Notes: generated from the letters alone by a model not told the origin. A DNA stretch of 64,000 nucleotides from Desulfosoma sp. (GCA_037481835.1 JBBFKW010000016.1:32001-96000); one strand, 5' to 3'; numbered from the stretch's first letter, positions 49,281-59,528 are shown. A program made the numbers and translations.

Positions 49281-51035
49281 TCAGGACAGGGCCAGCGGAG
49301 TGGCGAAGCCTTTTTCATCCAAGGCCGGGCTCCCTTGCGGCGTGAGAGATCCCTCGTCCGCGCTCTGTCCCATCGCTTCGCCCTCCATTGGCCTTTCGGG
49401 AAGGAAGAAATTTTCCACCTTGTTCTGAAGCACCTCGATCAAGGGCATGAGCGTGTTTCGGTCGATGGCCGACACGGCCACGGCTTCGCCGTGCCGACGC
49501 AAGGCCCTGGCGACGGTTTCCCCATCGATCTTGTCGATCTTGTTGAATACGAGAACCATGGGCTTTCGGTCCAGTCCCAGCTTTTCCAGGACCACGTCCA
49601 CCGAGGCCATGTGTTCTTCGTAACGGGGGTTGCTGATGTCCACCACGTGGAGCAGCAGGTCCGCATCGTTCAATTCTTCCAGCGTGGCGGCGAAGGCGTC
49701 CAAGAGGTTTTGCGGCAGATTGCGAATGAAACCCACGGTGTCCGTCACAATGACTTCCATGTCGCGGGGAAAGCGCAACCGCCGTGTTGTGGGATCCAGG
49801 GTCGCGAACAATTGGTCTTCCGCCCAGACGCGGCTGTGGGTGAGCGTGTTCAGCAGGGTGGATTTTCCTGCGTTCGTATAGCCCACGATGGACAGGATGG
49901 GGAGCGTTTGGCGCAGGCGCTTGGCGCGACGCTGTGAGCGATCCTTGCGCACCTGCTTCAGCTGCCTTTCCAGGTGGGCGATGCGGTCTTTGATGCGCCG
50001 CCGGTTGATTTCCAGCTTGGTTTCCCCGGGGCCACGCACGCCGATGCCGCCCCTCAGCCGGGACAAGGCGTCGTCTTTGACACCGAGACGGGGCAGGAGG
50101 TACTTGAGCTGGGCGATTTCCACTTGGAGTTTTCCTTCCCGGCTTTGAGCGCGCTGGGCGAAGATGTCCAAAATGAGCTGTGTGCGGTCGATGACGCGCA
50201 ATTCCGTGGTGTCCGTGATGGAGCGGATTTGGGACGGATTCAGGTCCTGGTCGAAAATGAGGAGATCGACGCCGCATTGCAGGGCCCGGACGATGATTTC
50301 ACTCAGCTTCCCTTTGCCGATGAGGTACTTGGGATTGGCCTGGCGCTGGCGCTGGATGATGGTATCCGCCACGCTGATGCCGGCGCTGCGCGCCAGTTCA
50401 CGCAGTTCCTCCAGGGACGCTTCGGCCGTTTCCCGATCCTCCGTCGTCACGCTCACCAAGATCGCCCGATCCTTGGCCTCTTCGGCGGCAAAGGACTGGC
50501 GTCCCCGTTCCAGTTCTTCTTCCAGAGACTGCACGAATTGAAGAAAATCCAAGGACGGTTCCGCGCAGGGCGTCGGCGGCAGAACCCGCCAGGCCGCTTC
50601 GGTTTTCCCCGAGGAGGGCAGAAGGTGCGCCGTTTCCAGGTCCTTGGCCCCTCCGTGGAGGTCCACCCGCACGACGGCGACGCAGTCCAGCCGCAGAAAG
50701 ACGAGGTCCATGAGATCGTCTTGGCTCAGCGGTTCTTCTCGAAGGTGCGTGTGGACGAACCGAAGGCCCCGGAGGCGCCACCGGCCAGCCCGGGACTTGG
50801 GAAGATCGGGGATGTAGATGGATCCGGAATCGCCCACCAGGACCATTTCCACACTGCCGTCCCGGCCGATCATGAGACCGATCTGGCGGCCGCTTTCAAA
50901 GGACAGCCGGGCCAGGTCCCGGGCCAGTTCGGGCGAGATGACGTCGCGGGGCAGGCAGCGGCGGCGGGTGAGGTTTTCCAGGCGCTTGCGCACCTGCTTC
51001 TTCAGGCCTGTGATATCTCCGTAGATTCTCGAGAT
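49281..51035 (-). CDS. hflX: GTPase HflX (long form); start probably ATC at 51035, alternative ATG at 51083
   Basis: DRTQLILDIFAQRA, GPGETKLE, GYTNAGKST, FATLDPT, DTVGFI, NKID. Confidence 0.93.
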   Translation of the reverse strand: MSRIYGDITGLKKQVRKRLENLTRRRCLPRDVISPELARDLARLSFESGRQIGLMIGRDGSVEMVLVGDSGSIYIPDLPKSRAGRWRLRGLRFVHTHLREEPLSQDDLMDLVFLRLDCVAVVRVDLHGGAKDLETAHLLPSSGKTEAAWRVLPPTPCAEPSLDFLQFVQSLEEELERGRQSFAAEEAKDRAILVSVTTEDRETAEASLEELRELARSAGISVADTIIQRQRQANPKYLIGKGKLSEIIVRALQCGVDLLIFDQDLNPSQIRSITDTTELRVIDRTQLILDIFAQRAQSREGKLQVEIAQLKYLLPRLGVKDDALSRLRGGIGVRGPGETKLEINRRRIKDRIAHLERQLKQVRKDRSQRRAKRLRQTLPILSIVGYTNAGKSTLLNTLTHSRVWAEDQLFATLDPTTRRLRFPRDMEVIVTDTVGFIRNLPQNLLDAFAATLEELNDADLLLHVVDISNPRYEEHMASVDVVLEKLGLDRKPMVLVFNKIDKIDGETVARALRRHGEAVAVSAIDRNTLMPLIEVLQNKVENFFLPERPMEGEAMGQSADEGSLTPQGSPALDEKGFATPLALS

Positions 51036-51245
51036 GGTTTCCCTCCCTAAGTCATCGTCCCGAAGGCAACCCCCTCGGGCCATGCCGGTCTATGTTGGCT
51101 CAGCTCTACGAGCCCAAACTTTATCGACACTTTATTATAATCGGATGTTAAAGAAAAACCAGGCGGCGGTTTTTTCGCGCCTCCTCGTGTCGGCCCGCTT
51201 TCGGGCACGGCGGTGTGGAGGAATGGCCGGTCTTTCGGCTTTTCC

Positions 51246-52571
51246 CTACGCCCCGTAGGGGTTTCGACGATCCACGAGGCGCACCGCCTTGCCTTCGTTT
51301 CGCGGCAGTCCGTGCGGTTCCACGAGCCGGACTTCGGGGGTAACCAGCAGTTCGCTTTTGAGTTCCTTGGTGATCTTCTTCTGGAGCCTTTGCAGCTGGC
51401 GCATGTCTTCCACGAAGATCTTGTCGGTGACTTCCACTTCCACGGTCATGACGTCCACGTTGTCGAGCCGATCCAAAACGATGCGGTAATTGTTCCCCAC
51501 CTCGGGGATGCCCATGAGCACTTGTTCCACTTGGATCGGGAAGATATTGACCCCCTTGAGGATGAACATGTCGTCGGAGCGGCCCTGGATCCGATCCAAC
51601 CGCCGATGAACCCGGCCGCAGGGGCAGTCCCCCGGCAGGATCCGGGTGAGGTCCTTGGTGCGGTACCGAATCAGGGGCATGCCTTCACGGTTGAGGGTGG
51701 TGAGGACCAATTCGCCCAGGGCGCCTTCGGGGACGGGTTCCAAGGTCTTCGGATCCAGCACTTCCACCAGGTAGGCGTCTTCCCAGATGTGCAGTCCGTT
51801 TTGGTGGACGCATTCAAAGGCCACACCGGGGCCGTTCATTTCCGAAAGACCGTAACTGTTATAGACGCTCACGCCATAGAAGGCTTCCACCCTTCGGCGC
51901 ACCTCTTCCGAATAGGGTTCGGCGCCCAAGTAGGCGATACGGAGGTGTAAGTCCCTTGAGGGGTCCACGCCCATTTCCGCCATGACGTCCATCAGGCGCA
52001 GGGCGTAGCTGGGGATGATGTGCATGACGGTGGTGGAAAAATCCCGCATGAGCTGGATCTGGCGTTTGCTGTTTCCGGCTCCCGCGGGGATGGTGAGCAA
52101 TCCCAGGCGTTCGGCCCCGTAGTGGAATCCCAGGCCGCCCGTAAAGAGGCCGTAACCGGAAAGGTTTTGAAAGACGTCTCCGGGCCGGGCTCCACTCATG
52201 TACAGGCACCGCGCCATGAGATCGGCCCAGACGTCCACGTCTTTTTGGGTGTAAAAGACGGCCGTCGCCTGCCCCGTGGTGCCGGAAGAAACGTGGAGGC
52301 GGATGAGCCGATCTTTCGGCACGCACAAGAACCCGTAGGGGTAGGCGGCGCGAAGATCGTCTTTGGTGGTCACGGGTAACAGGCGAATATCCTCGAGAGA
52401 GCGGATGCGCCGCCACGGCTCAGGGCCCAGGCTCTCTCGATAAAAAGGCGCTTGGGCCGCTCGGCGCAAGGTCTCGCGCAGCCGTTCCTGCTGGAGCTGC
52501 TCCAAGGCCGCTCGGGAAAGGGTTTCCGCTTCCGGGTCGTAGTACGAAGCATTGTTTCGTGTCGTGTTCAT
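51246..52571 (-). CDS. paaK: Phenylacetate--CoA ligase family protein
   Basis: HVSSGTTG, YGLFTGGLG, YGLSE, YRTKD, GRSDDM. Confidence 0.88.
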   Translation of the reverse strand: MNTTRNNASYYDPEAETLSRAALEQLQQERLRETLRRAAQAPFYRESLGPEPWRRIRSLEDIRLLPVTTKDDLRAAYPYGFLCVPKDRLIRLHVSSGTTGQATAVFYTQKDVDVWADLMARCLYMSGARPGDVFQNLSGYGLFTGGLGFHYGAERLGLLTIPAGAGNSKRQIQLMRDFSTTVMHIIPSYALRLMDVMAEMGVDPSRDLHLRIAYLGAEPYSEEVRRRVEAFYGVSVYNSYGLSEMNGPGVAFECVHQNGLHIWEDAYLVEVLDPKTLEPVPEGALGELVLTTLNREGMPLIRYRTKDLTRILPGDCPCGRVHRRLDRIQGRSDDMFILKGVNIFPIQVEQVLMGIPEVGNNYRIVLDRLDNVDVMTVEVEVTDKIFVEDMRQLQRLQKKITKELKSELLVTPEVRLVEPHGLPRNEGKAVRLVDRRNPYGA

Positions 52572-52695
52572 TATCGGTTTCTTTCGGTGTCTCCATGACT
52601 TTCAAGGCCCAATCGCAGGCCCCGGCGAAGAAGCCCCTGCGCCGCCATCATCCGGGCCGGAGCGCAGGGCCTTGCACGGCTTCAGGCTTCGTCCC

Positions 52696-54045
52696 CTAGA
52701 TTGTGGGGTCGTGCCCGGCCAGATCTTCAAAGCGCGTGTAGCTGCTGATAAAAGCCAGTTTCACGCGGCCCGTGGGGCCGTTTCGCTGTTTTCCCACGTG
52801 GATTTCCGCCGTGCCCTTGTCCTTGCTGTCCGGATTGTAGACTTCGTCCCGGTAGATGAAGACGATCACATCGGCGTCCTGTTCGATGGCGCCCGATTCC
52901 CGAAGATCCGCCAGCTGGGGCCTCTTGTCGTGGCGCTCTTCCACCTTGCGGTTGAGCTGAGACAGGGCCACCACCGGAACGTTCAATTCCTTGGCCAGAG
53001 CCTTGAGGGAGCGGGAAATGTCGGAAATTTCCAGTTCCCGCCTTTCGCTCTGTTCCCGGCTGCGCATGAGCTGCAAATAATCCACGACCACAAGGCCGAT
53101 ATTGTGTTCCGATTTGAGGCGGCGGGCTTTGGCACGAAGTTCCAGCGTGGAGATGGCCGGCGTATCGTCCACGAAGATGGGGGCGTCCATGAAGGTGCCG
53201 GCAGCGGTCAGGAGCTTGGCGCAGTCGTTTTGGCTGAGAAAGCCGGTGCGCACCTTTTGGGAATCCACACGGGCTTCGGCGCACAGGAGGCGCATGGCTA
53301 GCTGCTCTTTGCTCATCTCCAAGGAGAAGAAAGCGCACGGCACACCGCTTTTCATGGCCGCGTTGCGCACGATGTTGAGGGCGAAGGCGGTCTTGCCCAT
53401 GCTGGGTCGAGCGGCGATGATGATGAGGTCCGAAGGCTGGAGCCCGGAGGTGATTTTGTCCAGGTCCGCAAAATGCGTGGGCACGCCGGTCACCATCTCC
53501 CGGCGCTCTTGAAGCGCCTCGATGGTCCCGATGCTTTGTTTGACCACATCCTTGATGACGGTGTACGAGCTTCGGACACGCCGTTCGGTGATGGCGAAAA
53601 TGGCGGCTTCGGCGCGATCCAGGATTTCCTCGGCGTTTTTTCCGGGCCCGTAGCACCAGGACATGATTTCGCCGGAGACCTGGATGAGGCGGCGCAGGAC
53701 GGCCTTTTCGCTGACAATCTTGGCGTAGGCGGCCACATTGGCCGCCGAAGGGACCAGTTCCGTCAGCGAGGCCAGATAGGCGGCCCCACCGACGGATTCC
53801 AGTTCGTCCTTCTGCTGGAGCCACTCGGCGACGGTGATCAGGTCGACCGGCTCGTTGCGTTCGAAAAGTTCCTGGATGGCTCGAAAAATGATCCGGTGCG
53901 CGTCACGGTAGAATTCGTCGCCTCGGAGGATTTCCAGGGCCGCAGGCAGGCCGCTGTTGTCCACGAGAAGCCCTCCGATGAGCGATTGCTCGGCTTCGAT
54001 CTGGTGCGGAGGGATTCTCCTGAGCTCGTCGGCGAGCACTTCCAT
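52696..54045 (-). CDS. dnaB: Replicative DNA helicase
   Basis: ARPSMGKT, FSLEM, DYLQLM, LSQLNR, DLRESGAIEQDAD; no intein. Confidence 0.97.
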   Translation of the reverse strand: MEVLADELRRIPPHQIEAEQSLIGGLLVDNSGLPAALEILRGDEFYRDAHRIIFRAIQELFERNEPVDLITVAEWLQQKDELESVGGAAYLASLTELVPSAANVAAYAKIVSEKAVLRRLIQVSGEIMSWCYGPGKNAEEILDRAEAAIFAITERRVRSSYTVIKDVVKQSIGTIEALQERREMVTGVPTHFADLDKITSGLQPSDLIIIAARPSMGKTAFALNIVRNAAMKSGVPCAFFSLEMSKEQLAMRLLCAEARVDSQKVRTGFLSQNDCAKLLTAAGTFMDAPIFVDDTPAISTLELRAKARRLKSEHNIGLVVVDYLQLMRSREQSERRELEISDISRSLKALAKELNVPVVALSQLNRKVEERHDKRPQLADLRESGAIEQDADVIVFIYRDEVYNPDSKDKGTAEIHVGKQRNGPTGRVKLAFISSYTRFEDLAGHDPTI

Positions 54046-54048
54046 GCA

Positions 54049-54495
54049 TTACTCTTCCTTGGAAACCACCACGGTGATGTTGGCCGTGATGTCCGCATCG
54101 ACCTTGACGGGCACCGAGAATTCGCCCAACTGCTTGATGGGCTGATCCAGGAGGATGAACCGCTTGTCAAGGTCGAAGCCTTTCTCCTGCAAGGCCTTTT
54201 GAACGTCCGTGGCATTCACGGACCCGTAGAGTTTGTCTTCTTCGATCACCTTGCGCACGAACGTCAGGGTCGTCTCGTTGAGCTTTTCCGCCACGGAAAG
54301 CATCTGCCGGCGCACGCGCTCTTTCTTCTGGGCCAGCACCCGCTTGTGGTGTTCCAGTTCGCGGATCTTGGCGCTGGAGGCTTCCAGGGCCAAGCCTTTG
54401 GGCAGCAGGTAGTTGCGGGCGTATCCGGGAGCCACCTTGACGATGTCTCCGATTTGTCCGAGATTGGGAATGTTTTCCGTCAAAATCACTTTCAT
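54049..54495 (-). CDS. rplI: 50S ribosomal protein L9
   Basis: MKVIL, GYARNYLLP, KLYGSV. Confidence 0.97.
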   Translation of the reverse strand: MKVILTENIPNLGQIGDIVKVAPGYARNYLLPKGLALEASSAKIRELEHHKRVLAQKKERVRRQMLSVAEKLNETTLTFVRKVIEEDKLYGSVNATDVQKALQEKGFDLDKRFILLDQPIKQLGEFSVPVKVDADITANITVVVSKEE

Positions 54496-54555
54496 TGTTC
54501 ACTCCTTCAAGGCATTACCCATCGGACCCGCGCCTCGGCACAGGGCACGGACCGG

Positions 54556-55548
54556 TCACGAGGGAGACGGGACGTCAGCTTTTTTCTTCATGCGTCGAAA
54601 GTCGAACCATGTATCGAAAAACCCCATGAGCGCCACGGCGAGGCTCACGAACTGCTGCAAAAAGATCAAAGTGTAGCCGAAAGCCTGCACCAGGGTGGGC
54701 AGGCGCCATCGGCCGAAATAGTAGGCCGTGATGGCCAAGCCTTGGAGCAGGTAGACGGCCCCGAGGGCGATGATCACGTTGGCCCCTACGACTTTGGCGT
54801 CGGCGAAAGGGACCAGCATGAGAAACCCCGCGGCAATCACCGCCCACACCAAGGGCTCGGGGGCGCTCCACAGCGCCCACGGGGGCCACGGCGGCAGCGG
54901 CACGCCCCGGCGGGCGAGGACCTTGCGCGACAGATAAAGAGTCAGCCAGGCGCACACGATGGTCGTGCCCATGGCCACGCCGGGAAAAAGGCGGGCCAGA
55001 AGGGCGATCCACGCCCCCACCTCTTCGGGGAGGGCCGTTCCGGATACGGTTTCCGGATGGGCCTGTTCCAGGAACGAAACGATAAAGTCCCGCAGCCGGC
55101 TTTCCAGGTGCCCCCATAGGCCGCCGTCGGCATGGCGGTGCACCAGCCAGAAGACCAGGGACCCGAAAGCAAAAACCTTGATGGCGGCTTGCGCCACAAC
55201 CCGGGTAACGGACCATCCTTGGCGCATGCCGGCGCCCAGCAGTGTGCCGAGCAGGAGCAGCTCGAAGAAATACGTCACGCTCTGGGGCGCTTTCAAGAGC
55301 AGGGAAAGGGTTCCGCCCACCACGGCCGACCCTCCGGGAACCGCATACCCCAGGGGATTCCCGAACCGATAGACACTGATGAGAGACGGCACGGGAACGA
55401 TCATCCCGGCGGCGACGCCCGTTATCGGGATGAAGAGAAGGGCCAGGAACATGGCGACGCTGAGGGCGATCCCTGCAAGGAGGTCGCGCATCGCTGCCCT
55501 GCCCGGCCCCTGTCCAAGGGTGTTTCCGTGCCGCGTTTCCATTTTCAT
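54556..55548 (-). CDS. DUF2232/YybS membrane protein
   Basis: Multi-TM, YLLQGLAI, GFFDTWFDFRR; rpsR-YybS-rplI synteny. Confidence 0.85.
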   Translation of the reverse strand: MKMETRHGNTLGQGPGRAAMRDLLAGIALSVAMFLALLFIPITGVAAGMIVPVPSLISVYRFGNPLGYAVPGGSAVVGGTLSLLLKAPQSVTYFFELLLLGTLLGAGMRQGWSVTRVVAQAAIKVFAFGSLVFWLVHRHADGGLWGHLESRLRDFIVSFLEQAHPETVSGTALPEEVGAWIALLARLFPGVAMGTTIVCAWLTLYLSRKVLARRGVPLPPWPPWALWSAPEPLVWAVIAAGFLMLVPFADAKVVGANVIIALGAVYLLQGLAITAYYFGRWRLPTLVQAFGYTLIFLQQFVSLAVALMGFFDTWFDFRRMKKKADVPSPS

Positions 55549-55703
55549 TTCAGGCGGCCTGGACCGTCATGCCCGTCTTCGCCCCGCGTCCACGAGTGTT
55601 CCCCAAGACTTTCCCGGAGAGCGCCTCGGCGCCCATGGGCCGGACAGGGCACGCATGCCCTGTCCGCTCTGCCCGGAGTCTCGGGGCCGCCCGGCTCCCC
55701 TTG

Positions 55704-55955
55704 TCAAATGGAATGGTCCACCGTGTACGGCAGCAGCGCCATCTGGCGGGCCCGCTTGATGGCCAGCGTCAATTCCCTTTGATGCTTGGCGCAGTTATCC
55801 GAGATGCGCCGAGGGATGATCTTTCCCCGCTCCGTGAGAAAGTAGCGAAGCATCTTGGCGTCTTTGTAATCGATGCGAAGACTGCTGTCCGCGCAGAATC
55901 GACAGACGCGGCGGCGGCGAAAAACCCTTCTCCTTCTTTTCCTTTTGACAACCAC
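55704..55955 (-). CDS. rpsR: 30S ribosomal protein S18
   Basis: [27 protein letters not shown]. Confidence 0.97.
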   Translation of the reverse strand: MVVKRKRRRRVFRRRRVCRFCADSSLRIDYKDAKMLRYFLTERGKIIPRRISDNCAKHQRELTLAIKRARQMALLPYTVDHSI

Positions 55956-56013
55956 GGGACGCTCCTTCTTTCACTCAATGCTCAAGATTCATAAGCCGTG
56001 CTCAGGCAGGCCG

Positions 56014-56454
56014 TTATTCCTCGTCTTCGTCCTCTTCTTCCTCTTCGTCTGCCTCTTCGTCCTCACGGGTCGCGGCGAACCGAGGCGGCGCCTCTTCGTC
56101 GTCTTCGGCCAGAGGCGGCGGCGCGGGCCGTGCCCGTTCCTTTTCTTTTTCCGGGTCGAATTCGTCGTCCAGTTTCACCGTGATGAACTTGAGCACACGC
56201 TCGTCTATGCGCATGGTCCGCTCAAGTTCGGCGATGAGGTCCGGGCCCGAGGCAAATTCCATGAGGACGTAGTAGCCGTAGGATTTCTTCTTGACGGGGT
56301 AAGCCAGTTTCTTTTTTCCCCAGGGGGCGTAGGCCAACACAGTGCCCCCGCCCGTTTCCACGACGCCGCGGAATTTTTGGGCCACCCCTTGGTAGGCGTC
56401 TTCGGGCAGATCGGGGTCCACGATGAAAAAAGACTCGTACTTGCGCAACTGCAT
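56014..56454 (-). CDS. rpsF: 30S ribosomal protein S6 with acidic tail
   Basis: RKYE, WGKKKLAYPV, GYYVL; start after GGAGG. Confidence 0.95.
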   Translation of the reverse strand: MQLRKYESFFIVDPDLPEDAYQGVAQKFRGVVETGGGTVLAYAPWGKKKLAYPVKKKSYGYYVLMEFASGPDLIAELERTMRIDERVLKFITVKLDDEFDPEKEKERARPAPPPLAEDDEEAPPRFAATREDEEADEEEEEDEDEE

Positions 56455-56463
56455 GGAAGGGAT

Positions 56464-56509
56464 CCTCCTTTCGGGTTTAAAGCCCCGCCCTCCACGGCGG
56501 AGCAAGGAG
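56464..56509 (-). promoter_or_regulatory. S6:S18 ribosomal protein leader RNA
   Basis: CTCCTTGCTCCGCC...GGCGGGGC...ACCCGAAAGGAGG: anti-SD/SD stem, inner hairpin and CCG motif directly upstream of rpsF. Confidence 0.75.
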
Positions 56510-56621
56510 CGTGATGAATCGGAACTGCTTCGACTACCACAGCGCCTGAAAAGGCGTCAAGCCCTTTGCTTGCCTTCAGAGGGGAAAGGGCCTCGGAGTC
56601 TGGAGGTCCCCGGGATGCGGT

Positions 56622-56972
56622 TTACTTGGTTGGGCCGGTGGGGCCGGGCGCCGAAGCCTTCGGCGGGGTGAATTGGATGAGGATTTCGTTGTCCCGGATA
56701 AGATCCAGGTTCATGCGCAAAAACCTTTCGGCATAGACCGGGTCTTCCTTGAAGCGTTGCGTTTGGAGGTACAGGTGTTGGGTTTCCTCCCGCAGGGCCA
56801 TCACCCGCTGTTGCAAGGAAGCCACCTGCTCGCGTTTGTTTCGATATCCCGCCAGCCCTTTGGGCGACAAGAAGACCGCCCGAAACAGGAAAAGGTCCAC
56901 GGCGGCTAGGAAAAGGACCAGGACGATCGTTCCCCAGCGTCCCACAACGTGATGCCAATCCCATCGAAACAT
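56622..56972 (-). CDS. ftsB: Septum formation initiator (FtsB/DivIC family)
   Basis: One TM, GL..Y, coiled coil, DPVYAERFLRMNLDLIRDNEI. Confidence 0.75.
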   Translation of the reverse strand: MFRWDWHHVVGRWGTIVLVLFLAAVDLFLFRAVFLSPKGLAGYRNKREQVASLQQRVMALREETQHLYLQTQRFKEDPVYAERFLRMNLDLIRDNEILIQFTPPKASAPGPTGPTK

Positions 56973-56975
56973 CGG

Positions 56976-58574
56976 CTACCCCATGGCGCGAGGATGGATG
57001 GTGACGGACGGAAAAAGTTTCGGGTCCGTGTGGGGCAGAAAGGTCGCCCCTCGGAATTCGTTCATCAATTCCAGGTTCACGTTCAGCTCCACATAGGTGA
57101 TCCGCTGACGCACGGCTTCCATATCGGCAAGGAGGCTGCGATCGAGAAGCGCCATGGCGGCTCCGCGGCCGGCAGTGTTGCCGAGCCCTTTGTAGGTCTC
57201 CAAAGGCAGGTCGGGGAGCATGCCGATGCGGATGGCCATGACCGGATCGATGTGGCTCCCGAAGGTTCCGGCCACAAAAAAATGACGGATATCGTGGACG
57301 GTCAACCCCACCTTCTTGGTGATGATGTTGAGGATGGTGTACATGGCGGCTTTGGATTTGAGGAGGATGCCGATGTCGATCTCTGAGACCATGAGATCCT
57401 GTCCGTCGGCCGTTTCCCCGGCCCAGGCGACCACGTAGGCGGGTCCGTGTTCCGTGCGGACGATCCGGGGCGAGGAGATCTTCGTGTTGATTTTGCCCTG
57501 GATGGTGAGAAGGCCCGCCATGAACATTTCCGCCACCAAATCGATGAGGCCCGAGCCGCAAAGACCTTTGGGCTTTTCGTCGTTGAGCACATGGTAGGTG
57601 AGTTCCAAGGTGTTCGGATCGATCCGCACCCGGTCGATGGCTCCGGGTTGGGCCATCATGCCCCGTTCCACCACGCCCCCTTCCAAGGCGGGCCCTGCCG
57701 CTCCTGCACAAGCCACAAGCCAGTCCTTGTTGCCCAGCACCACTTCCGCGTTCGTCCCCACGTCCACGAGCAGACACACCTCGTCGGTGCGATGCATGCC
57801 CGTGGCCAAGATGCCGGCGATCAAATCCCCGCCGAAGTACGAGCCCACATTGGGAAAGACCACGACGAGCCCCCTCGGGTGCATGCCGAGCCGAAGATCG
57901 GCGCCGTGTAGGATGGGAAAGGTATTGGCCACGGGGATGTAGGGTTCCTTGCACAGGCGGGACGGGTCCAAACCCAGGAAGAAATGGGTCATGGTGGTGT
58001 TGCCGGCCACCGTGAGAGCGTAAATGTGGGTGAGGCGGTAGCCGTGTTTTTCTACGAGGAAGGTGAGCGTTTCGTTGAAGGTGGCGCGCAGAAGATTGCG
58101 CATGAGGATCAGGTTGTCGGGTTTGGAGGCGAAAACGATCCGGGTCAGGATGTCCTCCCCGTAAGGGATTTGAGGATTGGGGACGGACAGGCGGTCCAGA
58201 AGGGCGCCGGTTTCAAGGTCCACGAGATAGAAGGCGATTTGGGTCGTCCCCAAATCGGCGGCCACACCCAGGAGAGGTTGGTCCGGCGTTCCTGGAAACA
58301 GTTCCGTGAGTTCCCAGCCGTCTTCCGTGTGGCTCAAAACGGCGGTGGCTGTGAAATTTCCGTCCCGGAAACGGTTTGCATACGCGCCCAATTCACCGGG
58401 AGGCAGACGCACGGGAGCATATCCCGACTGTTTGAGCGCCCGTCGAAGCCGATCCAAATCGGCGGTGTTGTCTTCCAGGGAAGGAGCGGGGGCCCTTACG
58501 ACTCGGCGCACCACCAGCGGTTCAAAGGACAGCCATTCGGGAAAAATCTCTCTGTCAGGACGCGTCTCCGCCAT
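56976..58574 (-). CDS. ASKHA ATPase DUF4445 (RACo/RamA-like corrinoid activator) without Fe-S domain
   Basis: DLGTT, NPQ..YGEDI..RI, GNTTM.H, GGD, DVGTNAE, AGPALEG, GLCGSG. Confidence 0.88.
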   Translation of the reverse strand: MAETRPDREIFPEWLSFEPLVVRRVVRAPAPSLEDNTADLDRLRRALKQSGYAPVRLPPGELGAYANRFRDGNFTATAVLSHTEDGWELTELFPGTPDQPLLGVAADLGTTQIAFYLVDLETGALLDRLSVPNPQIPYGEDILTRIVFASKPDNLILMRNLLRATFNETLTFLVEKHGYRLTHIYALTVAGNTTMTHFFLGLDPSRLCKEPYIPVANTFPILHGADLRLGMHPRGLVVVFPNVGSYFGGDLIAGILATGMHRTDEVCLLVDVGTNAEVVLGNKDWLVACAGAAGPALEGGVVERGMMAQPGAIDRVRIDPNTLELTYHVLNDEKPKGLCGSGLIDLVAEMFMAGLLTIQGKINTKISSPRIVRTEHGPAYVVAWAGETADGQDLMVSEIDIGILLKSKAAMYTILNIITKKVGLTVHDIRHFFVAGTFGSHIDPVMAIRIGMLPDLPLETYKGLGNTAGRGAAMALLDRSLLADMEAVRQRITYVELNVNLELMNEFRGATFLPHTDPKLFPSVTIHPRAMG

Positions 58575-58700
58575 CGGTTTACTCTTTCGGCATCATTCGG
58601 GTCTTTTGGATTGCACTCATGCCTTTCCTCCCCCGCCTTCGCCCTTGCAGCCCATCAGGCCCATGATCAAGGTGTTTCCTAGCAAACCCTCGCGGAGGGT

Positions 58701-59528
58701 TCAATGTGGATTTCCGATCCATTGCACGGGGCGAAAGCCCATGACATTGACGGCGAATTCCACAAATCCGCACACGAGCACATCGGAAAGTTCCAAGCCC
58801 AGGGTTTCGTCCAGGCGTTGGAGCGCGTCCATCACCGGGGTCGAGGGTTCCACGTTGAAACGCACGGCATTGGCGTGTTGGAAGTGTTCCGGCCGGCACC
58901 AGTGAGGCGGAGAGAGGCTGAAATGGATCCGGCACGCCAAGGGTCTCTGTCGATAGAGGCTGCACAGGCCGGCATGGAGGAACGGGCAGGGCACGTTCAG
59001 GGTATGGTAGCGGCTGAGCCGCCCCGCCACCCGTTGGTCAAGGGAGGCCTCTCCCGGAGGGTCCCGATCCCATCGGCAGATTTCTCCCCACATCTCCATG
59101 CGTTCCATGGAACGGCGGAACATGCGATCCAAAATTCCGGCCCCGGAGGCTCCGTCGTAAAGATAAAGGATTTCCGCGCCCGTAAGTCCCGACGGCAACT
59201 GGGTGCAACAGTAGTGGCAGCCCGGGGCGCATGTCACGGTCCAGCCCGCCCGGCGAAGGTGACTCTGGACGAACCGAAGGGATTGATCGTAGACCAAGAA
59301 AGCCCTTTCCAGATGGGTCAGAAAAGCCTTGGGAAGGGCTCGGTGGTTTTCCCACGCCCCGGGAATGATGGCTTCCTGGGCTTGACGCAGGGAGGCGGAC
59401 ACCCTCTCGTCGTAATGTCTCAGGGCGGCTTGCGCCTCCGCCGGAAGGCAGCTCAGCTCAAAAGGGTTGTCAAGACTTTGGGCCTTCACCGTGTCTCGAC
59501 TTTGGCCCCGATAGCACGGAGCTTTCAT
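58701..59528 (-). CDS. YkgJ family cysteine-cluster protein
   Basis: CAPGCHYCC, CPFL...CSLY..RPLACR. Confidence 0.8.
   Translation of the reverse strand: MKAPCYRGQSRDTVKAQSLDNPFELSCLPAEAQAALRHYDERVSASLRQAQEAIIPGAWENHRALPKAFLTHLERAFLVYDQSLRFVQSHLRRAGWTVTCAPGCHYCCTQLPSGLTGAEILYLYDGASGAGILDRMFRRSMERMEMWGEICRWDRDPPGEASLDQRVAGRLSRYHTLNVPCPFLHAGLCSLYRQRPLACRIHFSLSPPHWCRPEHFQHANAVRFNVEPSTPVMDALQRLDETLGLELSDVLVCGFVEFAVNVMGFRPVQWIGNPH

Noticed and set aside
52696..54045. Possible intein in dnaB
   Set aside because: Normal length (449 aa) with uninterrupted motifs.
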